A program made the translations under genes and the position numbers. A stretch of DNA of 64,000 nucleotides from an uncultured delta proteobacterium (GTDB taxonomy: Bacteria > Desulfobacterota > Binatia > UBA9968): NCBI GenBank assembly GCA_963804165.1, contig CAWDPO010000006.1, positions 1 to 64,000 on the forward strand. Reading direction: 5' to 3'. The notes below the pieces were generated by a model, which worked only from the letters and a program-made list of their open reading frames with translations, was not told the origin of the DNA and did no database searches. Positions 33,416 through 42,850 of the stretch are shown piece after piece; position 1 is the first letter of the stretch; every line of letters begins with the position of its first letter.

Positions 33416-33671
33416 GTTTTCTCCAGGCGCGATAACTCGTAACTCCCATGAGCACGAACAATGCCATGACCGAGTCGCCGATCACCCAGACAAGAGCGTT
33501 GAATTCGTAGAGGAATTCCCGGCGGAGGAACCGCGGCCGGCGCGCCGAAGCAAGTTGAGCATGTAGCCGATTTGATACGGGGCGTATCAAATTTGATTCA
33601 TCTGGATTCGATGCGATGCGCATACGACGATTAAAGATCGAGCGAGATCGATGAGTAGCGGCGACATAAAC

Positions 33672-33707
33672 AAAAAAAGGCCCGAGCGGTATGAAACCGT
33701 TCGGGCC
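33672..33707 (-). terminator. Intrinsic terminator in the array leader
   Basis: Minus-strand GGCCCGAACGGT-TTCAT-ACCGCTCGGGCC followed by T7. Confidence 0.75.
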
Positions 33708-33937
33708 CTTGGATTATCGATCTATGGTGGCAGCCTAAGCAGCGTCAGCCGGTATCTGTGTAGCTACCTTATCCCACGGGCGTGAAACATCTGTCAATCG
33801 CAACCAATCGCTCTGAGTGTATTCGTGTGAACGCTATCACGTCGTCAGCTTATGCATTTCAGCATTCACCGTCGATTCGCTTGACAGTCCTACGGCGCTG
33901 AAATATCTCTCGACAAGCAAAGAGAGGAACTCAAACC

Positions 33938-35131
33938 ATGAGCATTCGAGGAAAAACTGCAGTGGTCGGCATCGGTGAGACGCCGACCGATCGGCTCGGT
34001 GGCAAACCCGATGAGCCGCGCAAATCGACGGCGGAATATCTCGCCTGGGCGGCGCGCCTGGCGATGGAGGACGCGGGGCTGACAAAAAAAGATTTTGACG
34101 GCCAAGGGCTCGCAGCCATTTACACGACCAATCACTCTCAACCGTTTTGGCCGGAGGAAGTGGCGGCAATCCTCGGCGTCACGCCGGCGGTTTCGCTCGC
34201 CGGCGGCAACGGCGGCGCCAGCTCCGTGTCGCTCCTCGGCCACGCGGCGGCGGCGATCACGGCCGGCCTGTGTGATCTTGTCCTTGTCATCGCGGCAGCC
34301 TCGCTTTTCGGCGAGCGTGGCGGCCATCGCGGCGCCCACGCCGACACGCGCGACTACGAAATGCCCTTCGGCGTCATGGGACCGAACTGTAAGATCTCTT
34401 TCGTCATGAGCCGCTACATGCATGAGTCGGGCATGACCGAGGAACACTTTGGCAAGATCGCGGTCACGGGACGCTATCATGCGTCGTTGAATCCCAACGC
34501 CTATCTTCGCAAACCCATCACCATCGAAGACTACAGAAAGTCGCGGCTGATCTCCGATCCGATCCGACTGTTGGATTGCGTCCTACCGGCCAACGGCGGC
34601 AAGGCCTACATCATGGCATCGGCGGAACGCGCGAAAAGCATGCGCAAGAAACCGGTCTACTTGCTCGGCTGGGGCGAGTGCAATAACGCGAGCTACGGAC
34701 CGCGCTACCGGGCCAATCCATTAATCACCGGCATCACGCAAGCCGGGAAACGCGCATTCGACATGTCCGGCGTCGCGCGCAAAGATATCCGCTGTTTGAA
34801 TCTCTACGACGACTACATTCCGATCGTGATGATTCAAATCGAAGACCTTGGCTTCTGCGGCAGAAACGACAAGGCATTCTTCGAGAAGACCGACTTCACT
34901 TTCAAAGGCGATTTGCCGATTCAAACCAGCGGCGGCATGATCAACTGCGGCCAGCCATCGACAACGGGCGGCATGCTGCACGTCTTGGAAACGGTGCGGC
35001 AGATCCGCGGCGAAGGCGGCGAGCGTCAAGTGCCGAACATAAAGTTCGGTATCTCGACCGGCGTGGGCGCGGTCAATTACGGTAAAAACTTCGGCTGCAC
35101 CGCCGCGGCGATTCTCGGCAGCGAAGTGTAA
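33938..35131 (+). CDS. Thiolase-family (SCP-x-like) protein
   Basis: AVVGIGET start, ISDPIRLLDC, LPIQTSGG motifs. Confidence 0.88.
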   Translation: MSIRGKTAVVGIGETPTDRLGGKPDEPRKSTAEYLAWAARLAMEDAGLTKKDFDGQGLAAIYTTNHSQPFWPEEVAAILGVTPAVSLAGGNGGASSVSLLGHAAAAITAGLCDLVLVIAAASLFGERGGHRGAHADTRDYEMPFGVMGPNCKISFVMSRYMHESGMTEEHFGKIAVTGRYHASLNPNAYLRKPITIEDYRKSRLISDPIRLLDCVLPANGGKAYIMASAERAKSMRKKPVYLLGWGECNNASYGPRYRANPLITGITQAGKRAFDMSGVARKDIRCLNLYDDYIPIVMIQIEDLGFCGRNDKAFFEKTDFTFKGDLPIQTSGGMINCGQPSTTGGMLHVLETVRQIRGEGGERQVPNIKFGISTGVGAVNYGKNFGCTAAAILGSEV

Positions 35132-35176
35132 AGCAATGGGAATATTCCCGCAAAGGCGCGAAGGCGCAAAGGTAAT

Positions 35177-35200
35177 GTAGGGGCGACCGGCGGTCGCCCT
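35177..35200. repeat. GTAG-type REP palindrome
   Basis: GTAGGGGCGACCGGCGGTCGCCCT; related copies at 43740, 58655, 58998. Confidence 0.8.
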
Positions 35201-35255
35201 GGGTTCGACAGCGTCGATAAATTACTGCAAGCCGCGAATAAGGTAGGAGTATCAC

Positions 35256-35685
35256 ATGGCAGATGACAAATTACCCAAAAAACCACTCCCCGAAATCACT
35301 CCCGTCAACAAGCCGTTTTGGGACGGCGCAAAAGCGCGGCAAACTGATGATGCAAAAATGCCAAGACTGCGGCACCTGGGTATTCTGCCCGCGGCCGGTT
35401 TGCGGCGATTGCGCCAGCGATAAGCTCGAATGGGTGCAGGTCACCGGCAAAGGCAAAATCTTTTGCTTCACGGTGGTTCGCGAAGTCGTCGGCCAGGCGC
35501 TGCGTGGTTTCGCGCCTGATATCCCCTATGTCACGGCTTGGGTCGACTTGGACGACGGCCCGCGCTTCTGCAGCAACGTCATCGGCTGCCCGATCGAAAA
35601 AGTCCATATCGACATGCCGGTAGAAGTCGTCTTCGAAGATAGTGGTGACGGAGTCACGCTGCCGAAGTTTAGGCCGGTGGCTTGA
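35256..35685 (+). CDS. DUF35 Zn-ribbon/OB-fold protein (frameshift near the start)
   Basis: CQDC...CGDC Zn ribbon, typical thiolase partner; MADDKLPKKPLP start is out of frame. Confidence 0.85.
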
Positions 35686-35713
35686 GCGCCTGGTTTCCAA
35701 CGGCATCGAATAT

Positions 35714-36342
35714 CGTAGGATGTGGTGACCGACGGGAACCGCATCGTCATTGACCGAAGGCTTGAGACTCCGATGACAGAATATCGCCGTCCGTTGATGC
35801 CGGGTGCTACTTGGTTTTTTACGGTCAACTTGGCTGAACGAAGAGGGAATCGCCTACTGATCGACAAGCTAGACAAGTTGCGTTCTGCGATTCGCTCGGT
35901 TCAAGTAGACCACCCATTCCGGATTGATGCCGTGGTCATTCTTCCGGAACATCTCCACTGCATCTGGACATTACCGCCGAGAGACGCCGACTTTGCGACG
36001 CGTTGGGGTTTGATTAAGGGGCAATTTTCCCGATACATCGACAAAGGGGAACGAGTCTCACCAAGCAGATCGAAAAGGGGTGAGCGAGGGATATGGCAGC
36101 GGCGCTTCTGGGAGCATCTCATTAGAGATGAGAACGATTTGAGCGCTCACGTAGATTACATCCATTGGAACCCAGTCAAACATGGCTGGGCGCAACACGT
36201 CGCAGATTGGCCACATTCCAGTTTTCATACCTATGTGAAACGCGGGGTTTACACCGCGGATTGGGGAGGAGTAGCGGGTCCCGATCTCGAGGCCGGTGAA
36301 TGACACGAGCGATGCGGTTCCCTCCGGTCACCGCATCCTACG
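35714..36342 (+). mobile_element. RAYT module bounded by 33-bp GTAG inverted repeats
   Basis: 35714-35746 and 36310-36342 are near-perfect inverted repeats flanking the transposase. Confidence 0.8.
35773..36303 (+). CDS. REP-associated tyrosine transposase (RAYT, Y1/HUH)
   Basis: PGATWFFTVN, LPEHLH (HUH), WQRRFWEHLIR, YIHWNPVKHG. Confidence 0.92.
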   Translation: MTEYRRPLMPGATWFFTVNLAERRGNRLLIDKLDKLRSAIRSVQVDHPFRIDAVVILPEHLHCIWTLPPRDADFATRWGLIKGQFSRYIDKGERVSPSRSKRGERGIWQRRFWEHLIRDENDLSAHVDYIHWNPVKHGWAQHVADWPHSSFHTYVKRGVYTADWGGVAGPDLEAGE

Positions 36343-36517
36343 GGAATTTGCTCTCGATTTGCGCACGCCGCAACAACCGACAGCATTCCATTCAGGTCGT
36401 GTTTCGTGATCAATCCTTCGCGACAGCACGCCGATCACTACGGTGTAAAACCGTTGTAATCGCTCGGATCTCATCATATCTTCACGCGAAACAAACGATT
36501 TCATTCGAGGATCCATT

Positions 36518-37078
36518 GTGAAAAAACTTCTCGGCCTGTTGGTCATGAGCGGCGCGGTTCTGGGCGCGCTTTTTTTTCTCAGTAATCTCGCCCGCACCAG
36601 CGTCGGCGACTCGACTCAAGCGATCACGCTGAAACCAGGGACGGTGATTCAAGAAGGATCGATCGTTTCGGTCGAATACACGCTCACCGACGACGCCGGC
36701 GCCGTAATCGATACCAACGTCGGCAAGGAGCCGCTCACTTTCATCGAAGGGGCGGGACAGATCGTCAAGGGACTCGAACAGGAATTGATCGGCCTCAAAG
36801 TCGGCGACCAGAAAAAGGTGCGGGTGAAGCCGGAAGACGGCTACGGTTTGCCGGATAAGGCCGCGTTTCAAGAAATCCCGCGCGATAAGATCCCTGCCGA
36901 AGGGCAAAAGCCGGGCGCCATGCTGATGAGCAAAGCACCCGACGGCCGGACCATTCCCATGCGCGTGCACGAGGTCAAGGACAAAACCGTCGTCGTGGAC
37001 CTGAATCATCCGCTCGCCGGCAAGACTCTGAACTTCGACGTCAAGATCAAAGACATCAGAGCCGCTGAAGCGAAGTAG
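36518..37078 (+). CDS. FKBP-type (SlyD-like) PPIase with N-terminal signal or anchor
   Basis: VSVEYTL, GLEQEL, DLNHPLAGKTLNFDV. Confidence 0.9.
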   Translation: MKKLLGLLVMSGAVLGALFFLSNLARTSVGDSTQAITLKPGTVIQEGSIVSVEYTLTDDAGAVIDTNVGKEPLTFIEGAGQIVKGLEQELIGLKVGDQKKVRVKPEDGYGLPDKAAFQEIPRDKIPAEGQKPGAMLMSKAPDGRTIPMRVHEVKDKTVVVDLNHPLAGKTLNFDVKIKDIRAAEAK

Positions 37079-37094
37079 ATACCAAACTTATCGT

Positions 37095-37172
37095 TGGAGT
37101 ACTGGAGTGATAGAGTAATGGTTTAATGCTATAGAACCCAACACTCCAGTACACCAGCACTCCAGTACTCCA
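37095..37172. repeat. Palindromic 8-nt-period repeat (GGAGTAxT / AxTACTCC)
   Basis: Similar elements near 18850-18915 and 61338-61393. Confidence 0.6.
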
Positions 37173-37183
37173 ATCCCCCTCTC

Positions 37184-38449
37184 ATGCGCCCTAAGTTTTT
37201 CTACGGCTACGTCATTCTCGCCCTTTGCTTCGCCAACATGGTGGTGATGCGCGGCGTCAACGGCGCGTTCGGTGTTTACTATATTGCACTGCTGGAAGAA
37301 TTCGCCTGGTCGCGCAGCGACGGCGCCACGGTGGCATCTGCCAATTTCTTCGTCTATGCCGTCGCCTCGCCGCTGGTCGGGTTGGCCTTCGACCGCTTCG
37401 GGCCGCGGCTGTTGATGCCTCTCGGCGCGTTGTTGGTCGGGGTCGGCCTGGTGCTGTCATCCTTCGCAAGTTCCCTAGCAGGTCTGTACTTTTCTTACGG
37501 CATCATTACTGCCCTCGGCCAAGGAGCTCTCAGTTTCGTCGGTCACAACGCGCTCATTTCTTTCTGGTTCGTGCGCCGGCGCGCCACCGCGATCGGCATC
37601 GCCTCGATGGGACAGGGCGTGGGCGCATTGGTGATGGTGCCGCTGACTCAGCTGCTCATCGATGGAATTGGCTGGCGCTGGACTTTCATTGTAACCGGTA
37701 GCTTGTTGTTGTTCGTCTTGGTTCCGGCAAACGGACTGTTTCAGCGGCGCGCTCCAGAGGACGTCGGACAATATCCTGATGGCGACGATGCGCAGACTGC
37801 GTCGAGTTCCCGCCGTCATTCGGCAAAACACGCCGGCCAGCGTGATTGGACTCTGGGAGAAGCCGCGCGTTCTTTCCCCTTTTGGTGTATCACGGTCGGC
37901 CATCTCGCCCTCGGCACCGCTTTGTTCATGATCAACACCCATGTCATCGCGCATTTCGTTGCCGTCGGCCACGAGAAGTTGGCGGCGTCTTTCTACTTTG
38001 GACTCATGGGCTTTATCCGTATCGGCGCGACGATACTTTGGGGTTCCATCTCAGACCGTCTCGGACGCAGCGCAACGTACGGTGTCGCTACTTTCGTCAC
38101 CGCTCTTGGCGTCGCTTGCATGATCGCCATGACCGCGGGCGCGCCGATCTGGCTCGTGTATCTTACCATTGTGCTTTACGGCGTCGGCCACAGTGCCGGC
38201 AATCCGACCTACGGCGCGGTGATCGGCGACATTTTCTCCGGTCGCAAGATCGGTCTCATCTTCGGTTTTCTGGAAATCAGTTTTGGCCTGGGGAGCGCCT
38301 TCGGTTCGTGGATCGGCGGTTACCTCTTCGATGTCACCGGTACTTACGCCTGGGCCTTCGCCGTCTGCCTACTCTGCTTCGTGATTTCCGGTCTTGCCAT
38401 TCACGCCTGCGTGCGCTGGCACACGCGCGAAATGGGAGCGGGGAATTAG
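37184..38449 (+). CDS. MFS transporter
   Basis: Multiple hydrophobic segments, DRFGPR and DRLGR motifs. Confidence 0.9.
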   Translation: MRPKFFYGYVILALCFANMVVMRGVNGAFGVYYIALLEEFAWSRSDGATVASANFFVYAVASPLVGLAFDRFGPRLLMPLGALLVGVGLVLSSFASSLAGLYFSYGIITALGQGALSFVGHNALISFWFVRRRATAIGIASMGQGVGALVMVPLTQLLIDGIGWRWTFIVTGSLLLFVLVPANGLFQRRAPEDVGQYPDGDDAQTASSSRRHSAKHAGQRDWTLGEAARSFPFWCITVGHLALGTALFMINTHVIAHFVAVGHEKLAASFYFGLMGFIRIGATILWGSISDRLGRSATYGVATFVTALGVACMIAMTAGAPIWLVYLTIVLYGVGHSAGNPTYGAVIGDIFSGRKIGLIFGFLEISFGLGSAFGSWIGGYLFDVTGTYAWAFAVCLLCFVISGLAIHACVRWHTREMGAGN

Positions 38450-38587
38450 GATGTTCAAGACTTTCAAATCGTTCAAGTAGTTCAAATCGTATGAACGGAG
38501 ATCGCGAAGCAATCGCCTGAACGGAGCAAAGCGGTTGAACGATTGGAAGGTTTTGAACTAAGAGCCCAATGCGAGTATGAAGAGGTT

Positions 38588-39580
38588 ATGAATTTTTGCC
38601 TGCATGGTTCGGCGCGCACGGTAAACGAAGCGGTGAAGCGCGCCGTTCGCGCCGAAGAGCTCGGCTTTGAAGCGATTTTTTTCGCCGATAGCCAGATGAA
38701 CAACGTCGATCCCTATCAAGCGATGGCGCTGTGCGCCGTCAATACCAAGAGGATTCGCTTCGGCACCGCCGTGACCAACATGGTTTATCGCGATCCGACG
38801 ATCACGGCGAATTCCTTCGCGACGCTGAATGAAATTTCCCAAGGCCGCGCGATTATCGGCATGGGCACGGGCGACGGGCCGGTTTACAGTCTCGGGCGAA
38901 CAGCGACCAAGCTCGTCGATTTCGAGAAGGGTTTGCACGTGATCCGCGATCTTCTTCACGACCGCGGCATCAACGTGCCCAAGAGCAAGGAACGCGCCGG
39001 CGGCAACGTCAAGCTCAAAGCCGGCAAGCGTCTCGTGCCGATCTACATTTCCGCCGAGGGGCCGAAGACGCTGCGGGTCGCCGGGCGCACCTGCGACGGC
39101 GTCATTCTCGGCACCGGTTTCGACGCGCAAGTAACCGCCTGGGCGCGCCGCCGCATCGCCGAAGGCGCGGAAGCGGAAGGGCGAAGCTTGGATGAGATCG
39201 ATATCATGCCCGCCGGCATGATCGTCGTCGACGACGATGGCGACCTCGCCCGCCGGCGCGTGCGCTCGCGCATGGCCAATCGCGCGCATCACAATTTTCG
39301 CTTCACGATGGAAACCGTTCCCGAAGGCGAGGCGGCGGGCGTGCAGCGATTTATGGACAACTTCGATATCTCGAAACCCATAGAAGAGCGCGTCGATCCC
39401 GACTTCGTCACCGACTATCTCCTCGAGCGCTTCACCATCGCCGGCACGCCGCAGGAATGCATCGCCAAAGTGAGACGGCTGGAAGCCGACGGCATCAAGA
39501 GGATTTTGCTCACGCCGCCCAACGCCATTTACGATCAAGTGATGGAGACATGGGGCGAGCGGGTGATTGGCAAGGATTAA
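38588..39580 (+). CDS. LLM-class (luciferase-like) flavin-dependent oxidoreductase
   Basis: AEELGFEAIFFADS, IRFGTAVTN, GRAIIGMGTGD, PIYISAEGPK. Confidence 0.88.
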   Translation: MNFCLHGSARTVNEAVKRAVRAEELGFEAIFFADSQMNNVDPYQAMALCAVNTKRIRFGTAVTNMVYRDPTITANSFATLNEISQGRAIIGMGTGDGPVYSLGRTATKLVDFEKGLHVIRDLLHDRGINVPKSKERAGGNVKLKAGKRLVPIYISAEGPKTLRVAGRTCDGVILGTGFDAQVTAWARRRIAEGAEAEGRSLDEIDIMPAGMIVVDDDGDLARRRVRSRMANRAHHNFRFTMETVPEGEAAGVQRFMDNFDISKPIEERVDPDFVTDYLLERFTIAGTPQECIAKVRRLEADGIKRILLTPPNAIYDQVMETWGERVIGKD

Positions 39581-39878
39581 CGCTTAGTCATCAGTCGGCC
39601 GTTGTCACCAGAGAAAATATGATGGACACGCGATCCTGGATTCTCAATTCGGCAAGAGCGAGAGTAAAATGGCGCGCTTCATGGGCATGCGCCTGCTCGA
39701 CGAACTGCAGCGCGAAGGATTTTTCGAATGCATCGGTAGGTAACCATCTAGAATCGAGTTAGTTACTCATTGCCTCGATAGCTCTTATAGCCGCCTCGCT
39801 TCGTTGAGTTCTGAAATCCCAATGATAAGCTATTCAAAATCGCCGATCGAAATGAATCGATTTACAAGAGGGATATAA

Positions 39879-40484
39879 ATGCGCATCAAATTTTTCTCGC
39901 TCTTAACGCTTTTTTCGTTTTGCATCTTTAGCGGGCTTGCCTTTTCCGCGACGGCGGAAAAAACCAAGGATGCCCGCGTCGTAAAAGATGGCTTGATGGT
40001 CAGCTTTGACTACACACTCAAAAGCCCGGACGGAAAATTGATCGAAACCAGCAAAGGCCGGGAGCCGCTAAAATATATTCACGGCCAAAAGATGATGATC
40101 CCGGGTCTGGAAAAGGAAATGACCGGGATGAAAGTCGGCGGTGAAAAACATGTCACAGTCAAGCCCGAGGACGGCTATGGCAAGATCAACCCTAAAGCCG
40201 TTCAGGAAGTTCCCAAGGAAAAACTTCCGCCGAACGCCCTCAAAATCGGCGCGGTGCTGGCGGCGAAAAGCCCGGAAGGAATGGTCGTACCGATGACGGT
40301 CCGCGAGATCAAGGAAAAAACGGTCGTCATGGATTTGAACCATCCCATGGCTGGAAAAACTCTGGTCTTCGACATCAAGATCGTCGACATTCAACCTCCT
40401 CCGCCGCAGCCACGCCGCCGCCAGCCCGCAACGCCGGCGAAACCGGCTACAGCCTGCGCAACCGGCTCCCGCGGCGCCGGCTAA
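39879..40484 (+). CDS. Second FKBP-type PPIase with signal peptide and Pro/Ala-rich tail (tail probably frameshifted; end near 40512)
   Basis: IPGLEKEM, DLNHPMAGKTLVFD. Confidence 0.88.
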   Translation: MRIKFFSLLTLFSFCIFSGLAFSATAEKTKDARVVKDGLMVSFDYTLKSPDGKLIETSKGREPLKYIHGQKMMIPGLEKEMTGMKVGGEKHVTVKPEDGYGKINPKAVQEVPKEKLPPNALKIGAVLAAKSPEGMVVPMTVREIKEKTVVMDLNHPMAGKTLVFDIKIVDIQPPPPQPRRRQPATPAKPATACATGSRGAG

Positions 40485-40530
40485 ACCGGCGGATCCGGCG
40501 CAAAAAAAATAACTTGCCCGCCGGCTGGCC

Positions 40531-41295
40531 ATGATGATGGACCTGGTAGAATTTGCGGGGCGCCTGCGACGATCTCAAGCCATAGTTTTCTTTACCGGCG
40601 CCGGCATCAGCACGGAATCCGGCGTGCCGGATTTTCGCAGCCCGGGCGGCGTCTGGACGAAATACCAACCGGTACTATTTCAAGATTTCCTCGCCAGCGA
40701 GTCGGCGCGCGTCCAGCATTGGCAGCTCAAGAAAGCGACATACGAGCTTTTCAAGACGGTCCAACCGAATCCCGCCCACGACGCAATTTGCGATTTGGAA
40801 AAACGCGGCCAACTGCTCGGCTTGATCACACAGAATATCGACGGCCTGCACAAGCTCGCCGGAACGTCGGAGACAAAACTCGTCGAGCTTCACGGCACCG
40901 ATCGCCTGGTCACCTGCCTTGAGTGCGGCAAACGTTATAAACCCGCCGACGTCTACGAAAACTTGCCGGAAGACTTTACCGCGCCGACCTGTAACGACTG
41001 CGGCGGATTTTTAAAATCCGCCAACGTCTCGTTCGGCCAGTCGATGCCGGTCGAAGCGATGCAGCGCGCGCAAGCTTGGAGCGAGCAAGCGGAGATCTTC
41101 ATCGTCGTCGGTTCGTCCCTGCAAGTGCAACCCGCCGCTAGTTTCCCGGTCATTGCGAAACGAAGCGGCGCGCTCCTGGCCATCGTCAACCGTGACCCGA
41201 CACCGCTCGACGATCTGGCGGATTTTGTTCATAATGGCGCCATCGGCGAGTTTTTTCAGCGGCTCACGCCTTTGGTTGGCGCCGTTTCGACCTGA
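40531..41295 (+). CDS. cobB: Sir2/CobB-family NAD-dependent deacylase
   Basis: TGAGISTESGVPDFRS, TQNIDGLH, ELHG, CxxC pairs, VGSSL. Confidence 0.92.
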   Translation: MMMDLVEFAGRLRRSQAIVFFTGAGISTESGVPDFRSPGGVWTKYQPVLFQDFLASESARVQHWQLKKATYELFKTVQPNPAHDAICDLEKRGQLLGLITQNIDGLHKLAGTSETKLVELHGTDRLVTCLECGKRYKPADVYENLPEDFTAPTCNDCGGFLKSANVSFGQSMPVEAMQRAQAWSEQAEIFIVVGSSLQVQPAASFPVIAKRSGALLAIVNRDPTPLDDLADFVHNGAIGEFFQRLTPLVGAVST

Positions 41296-41344
41296 CGTCG
41301 TATTCCGAGCGGATGCTCGTCCAAACCCTTAAACCTGGATAGCG

Positions 41345-42187
41345 ATGCAGCTCATGCGTTTGGCCGATGCGCCGCTGGATCGACGCGATCGCGTCTTTCA
41401 ATATTCCAAGTCTCGCGCCGTGTTCGGGGCGTTGGTCCTCAGTGGAATTGCGTTTGGGGTGATCCTATTCGGCTGGCTGAAAGGCCTCTGGCTTGCCTAC
41501 TATGTCGCGGCCGTCATCGTCATCTATTTACTGATCTTGCAAAAGCTTTTCACCGCGCGCTTTCGCCCAACCAACTGGCTCGTGCGCATGACCGACAACG
41601 GACTCTTCATAAAATTTCGCTCGTATTTGAACCACGGGTTTCCCGACGAAGATCTCACGGTCGTGTTCGTCCCCTACTCTGAGATTCGCTCGGCAAAGGT
41701 AATAAAAGAACGTCAAGAGCTGCCGGACCGCGATCAGGCCAATCGAAAAGCCTCAATCGTGAGAACGCGCCGTTTTATCGAACTGGAGCTCGCCGGTAAT
41801 TCGGACCGGTTGGCTGCCGCGCTCGCCGATGAATCAAAACGCGTATTCGCCAAACCCAACCCCGGCGGCGCCGCCGTCTCAAGTCGCTATCAACACCTAC
41901 CTTTGAGACTCTCATCGCCCAATACCGTGAGAATCGAATGGGGCGTCGTGCCGGGCGCGCGAACTCTGCTGGACGCGCTCACGCACCATACGCTTGTCCG
42001 ACCCGCCAGTGACACGGCAAAGGATTTTGCCCATCTCGAAGGGCTCGAACGCAAAGAGCAGGAAGCGCGCTTACTGGAGTTGGCTGAATCCGGCGATAGG
42101 ATCGGCGCCGTGGCGCTGGCGCGCCAACTTTACGCTTACGATCTAACCACGGCGAAGGAGTTTATCGATTCATTGATCCGCAAATAG
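41345..42187 (+). CDS. Hypothetical membrane protein with L7/L12-CTD-like C-terminal motif
   Basis: Two N-terminal TM segments; GDRIGAVALARQLYAYDLTTAKEFID. Confidence 0.6.
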   Translation: MQLMRLADAPLDRRDRVFQYSKSRAVFGALVLSGIAFGVILFGWLKGLWLAYYVAAVIVIYLLILQKLFTARFRPTNWLVRMTDNGLFIKFRSYLNHGFPDEDLTVVFVPYSEIRSAKVIKERQELPDRDQANRKASIVRTRRFIELELAGNSDRLAAALADESKRVFAKPNPGGAAVSSRYQHLPLRLSSPNTVRIEWGVVPGARTLLDALTHHTLVRPASDTAKDFAHLEGLERKEQEARLLELAESGDRIGAVALARQLYAYDLTTAKEFIDSLIRK

Positions 42188-42198
42188 CCGCAGGCGAT

Positions 42199-42804
42199 TT
42201 GATGCAATCGAAAATCGAAACGATTCTCAACTTTTGGTTCGGCGCCAATTCGGACGACGCAGAAATCGCCAGGTCGCAGGCAAAGCTTTGGTGGGGCAAA
42301 GACAAAGAGATCGACGATGAAATCGGGCGACGATTCGAAGACACTGTGCGAGCTGCGGTAGCGGGAGAATTAAACGATTAGCTGACGACGGCGCGCGGAC
42401 AATTAGCATTGATCATCGTCACGGATCAATTCCCGCGCAATATTTACCGCGAAACGGCGCGGGCGTTTTCTTCGGACGCGAAAGCGCTGGCGTGGTGTCT
42501 GTACGGTCTCGACCGCCGCGCCGATCGCGAGCTGCGACCGGTTGAAAGGGTTTTCTTCTATCTCCCCCTCGAACATGCGGAGTCGCGCGAACATCAACGA
42601 CGATCGGTTGAATGTTTTTTAAATTTATTTGCCATCGTGCCGGCGCCGCAGAAAGTTATCTTCGAGGAATATCTAAACTATGCAATCCGCCATCGCGATG
42701 TTATCGAGCGCTTCGGCCGATTTCCCCACCGCAATAAAATTCTCGGTCGGGATTCCACCCCCGAGGAACTGGCGTTTCTCTTGGAAGCCGCATCGACCTT
42801 CTAA
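42199..42804 (+). pseudogene. DUF924-family protein with an internal stop
   Basis: ILNFWFG, DQFPRNIYR, FFYLPLEHAE, FGRFPHRN; TAG near 42379 where Trp is expected. Confidence 0.8.
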
Positions 42805-42850
42805 CGTAGGGGCGCGATTTATCGCGCCGCTTGGATGCGTGCACTCGACG

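Noticed and set aside
33261-33623. 120 aa minus-strand ORF in the leader
   Set aside because: It overlaps unit 31 out of frame and has no clear RBS or family motif. A short membrane peptide cannot be excluded.
1-36400. Canonical integron, shufflon or diversity-generating retroelement
   Set aside because: No tyrosine or serine recombinase and no reverse transcriptase in the window, and I did not recognise canonical attC cores or a template/variable repeat pair. The analogy is architectural only.
39590-39745. Short stretch resembling the C-terminus of an NMT1-type SBP (MRLLDELQREGFF)
   Set aside because: Too short and degraded to call; at most a remnant.
42378-42381. In-frame TAG in the DUF924 gene as possible recoding
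   Set aside because: It is a single TGG-to-TAG change, and TAG is an ordinary stop elsewhere in the window, so mutation or error is more likely.
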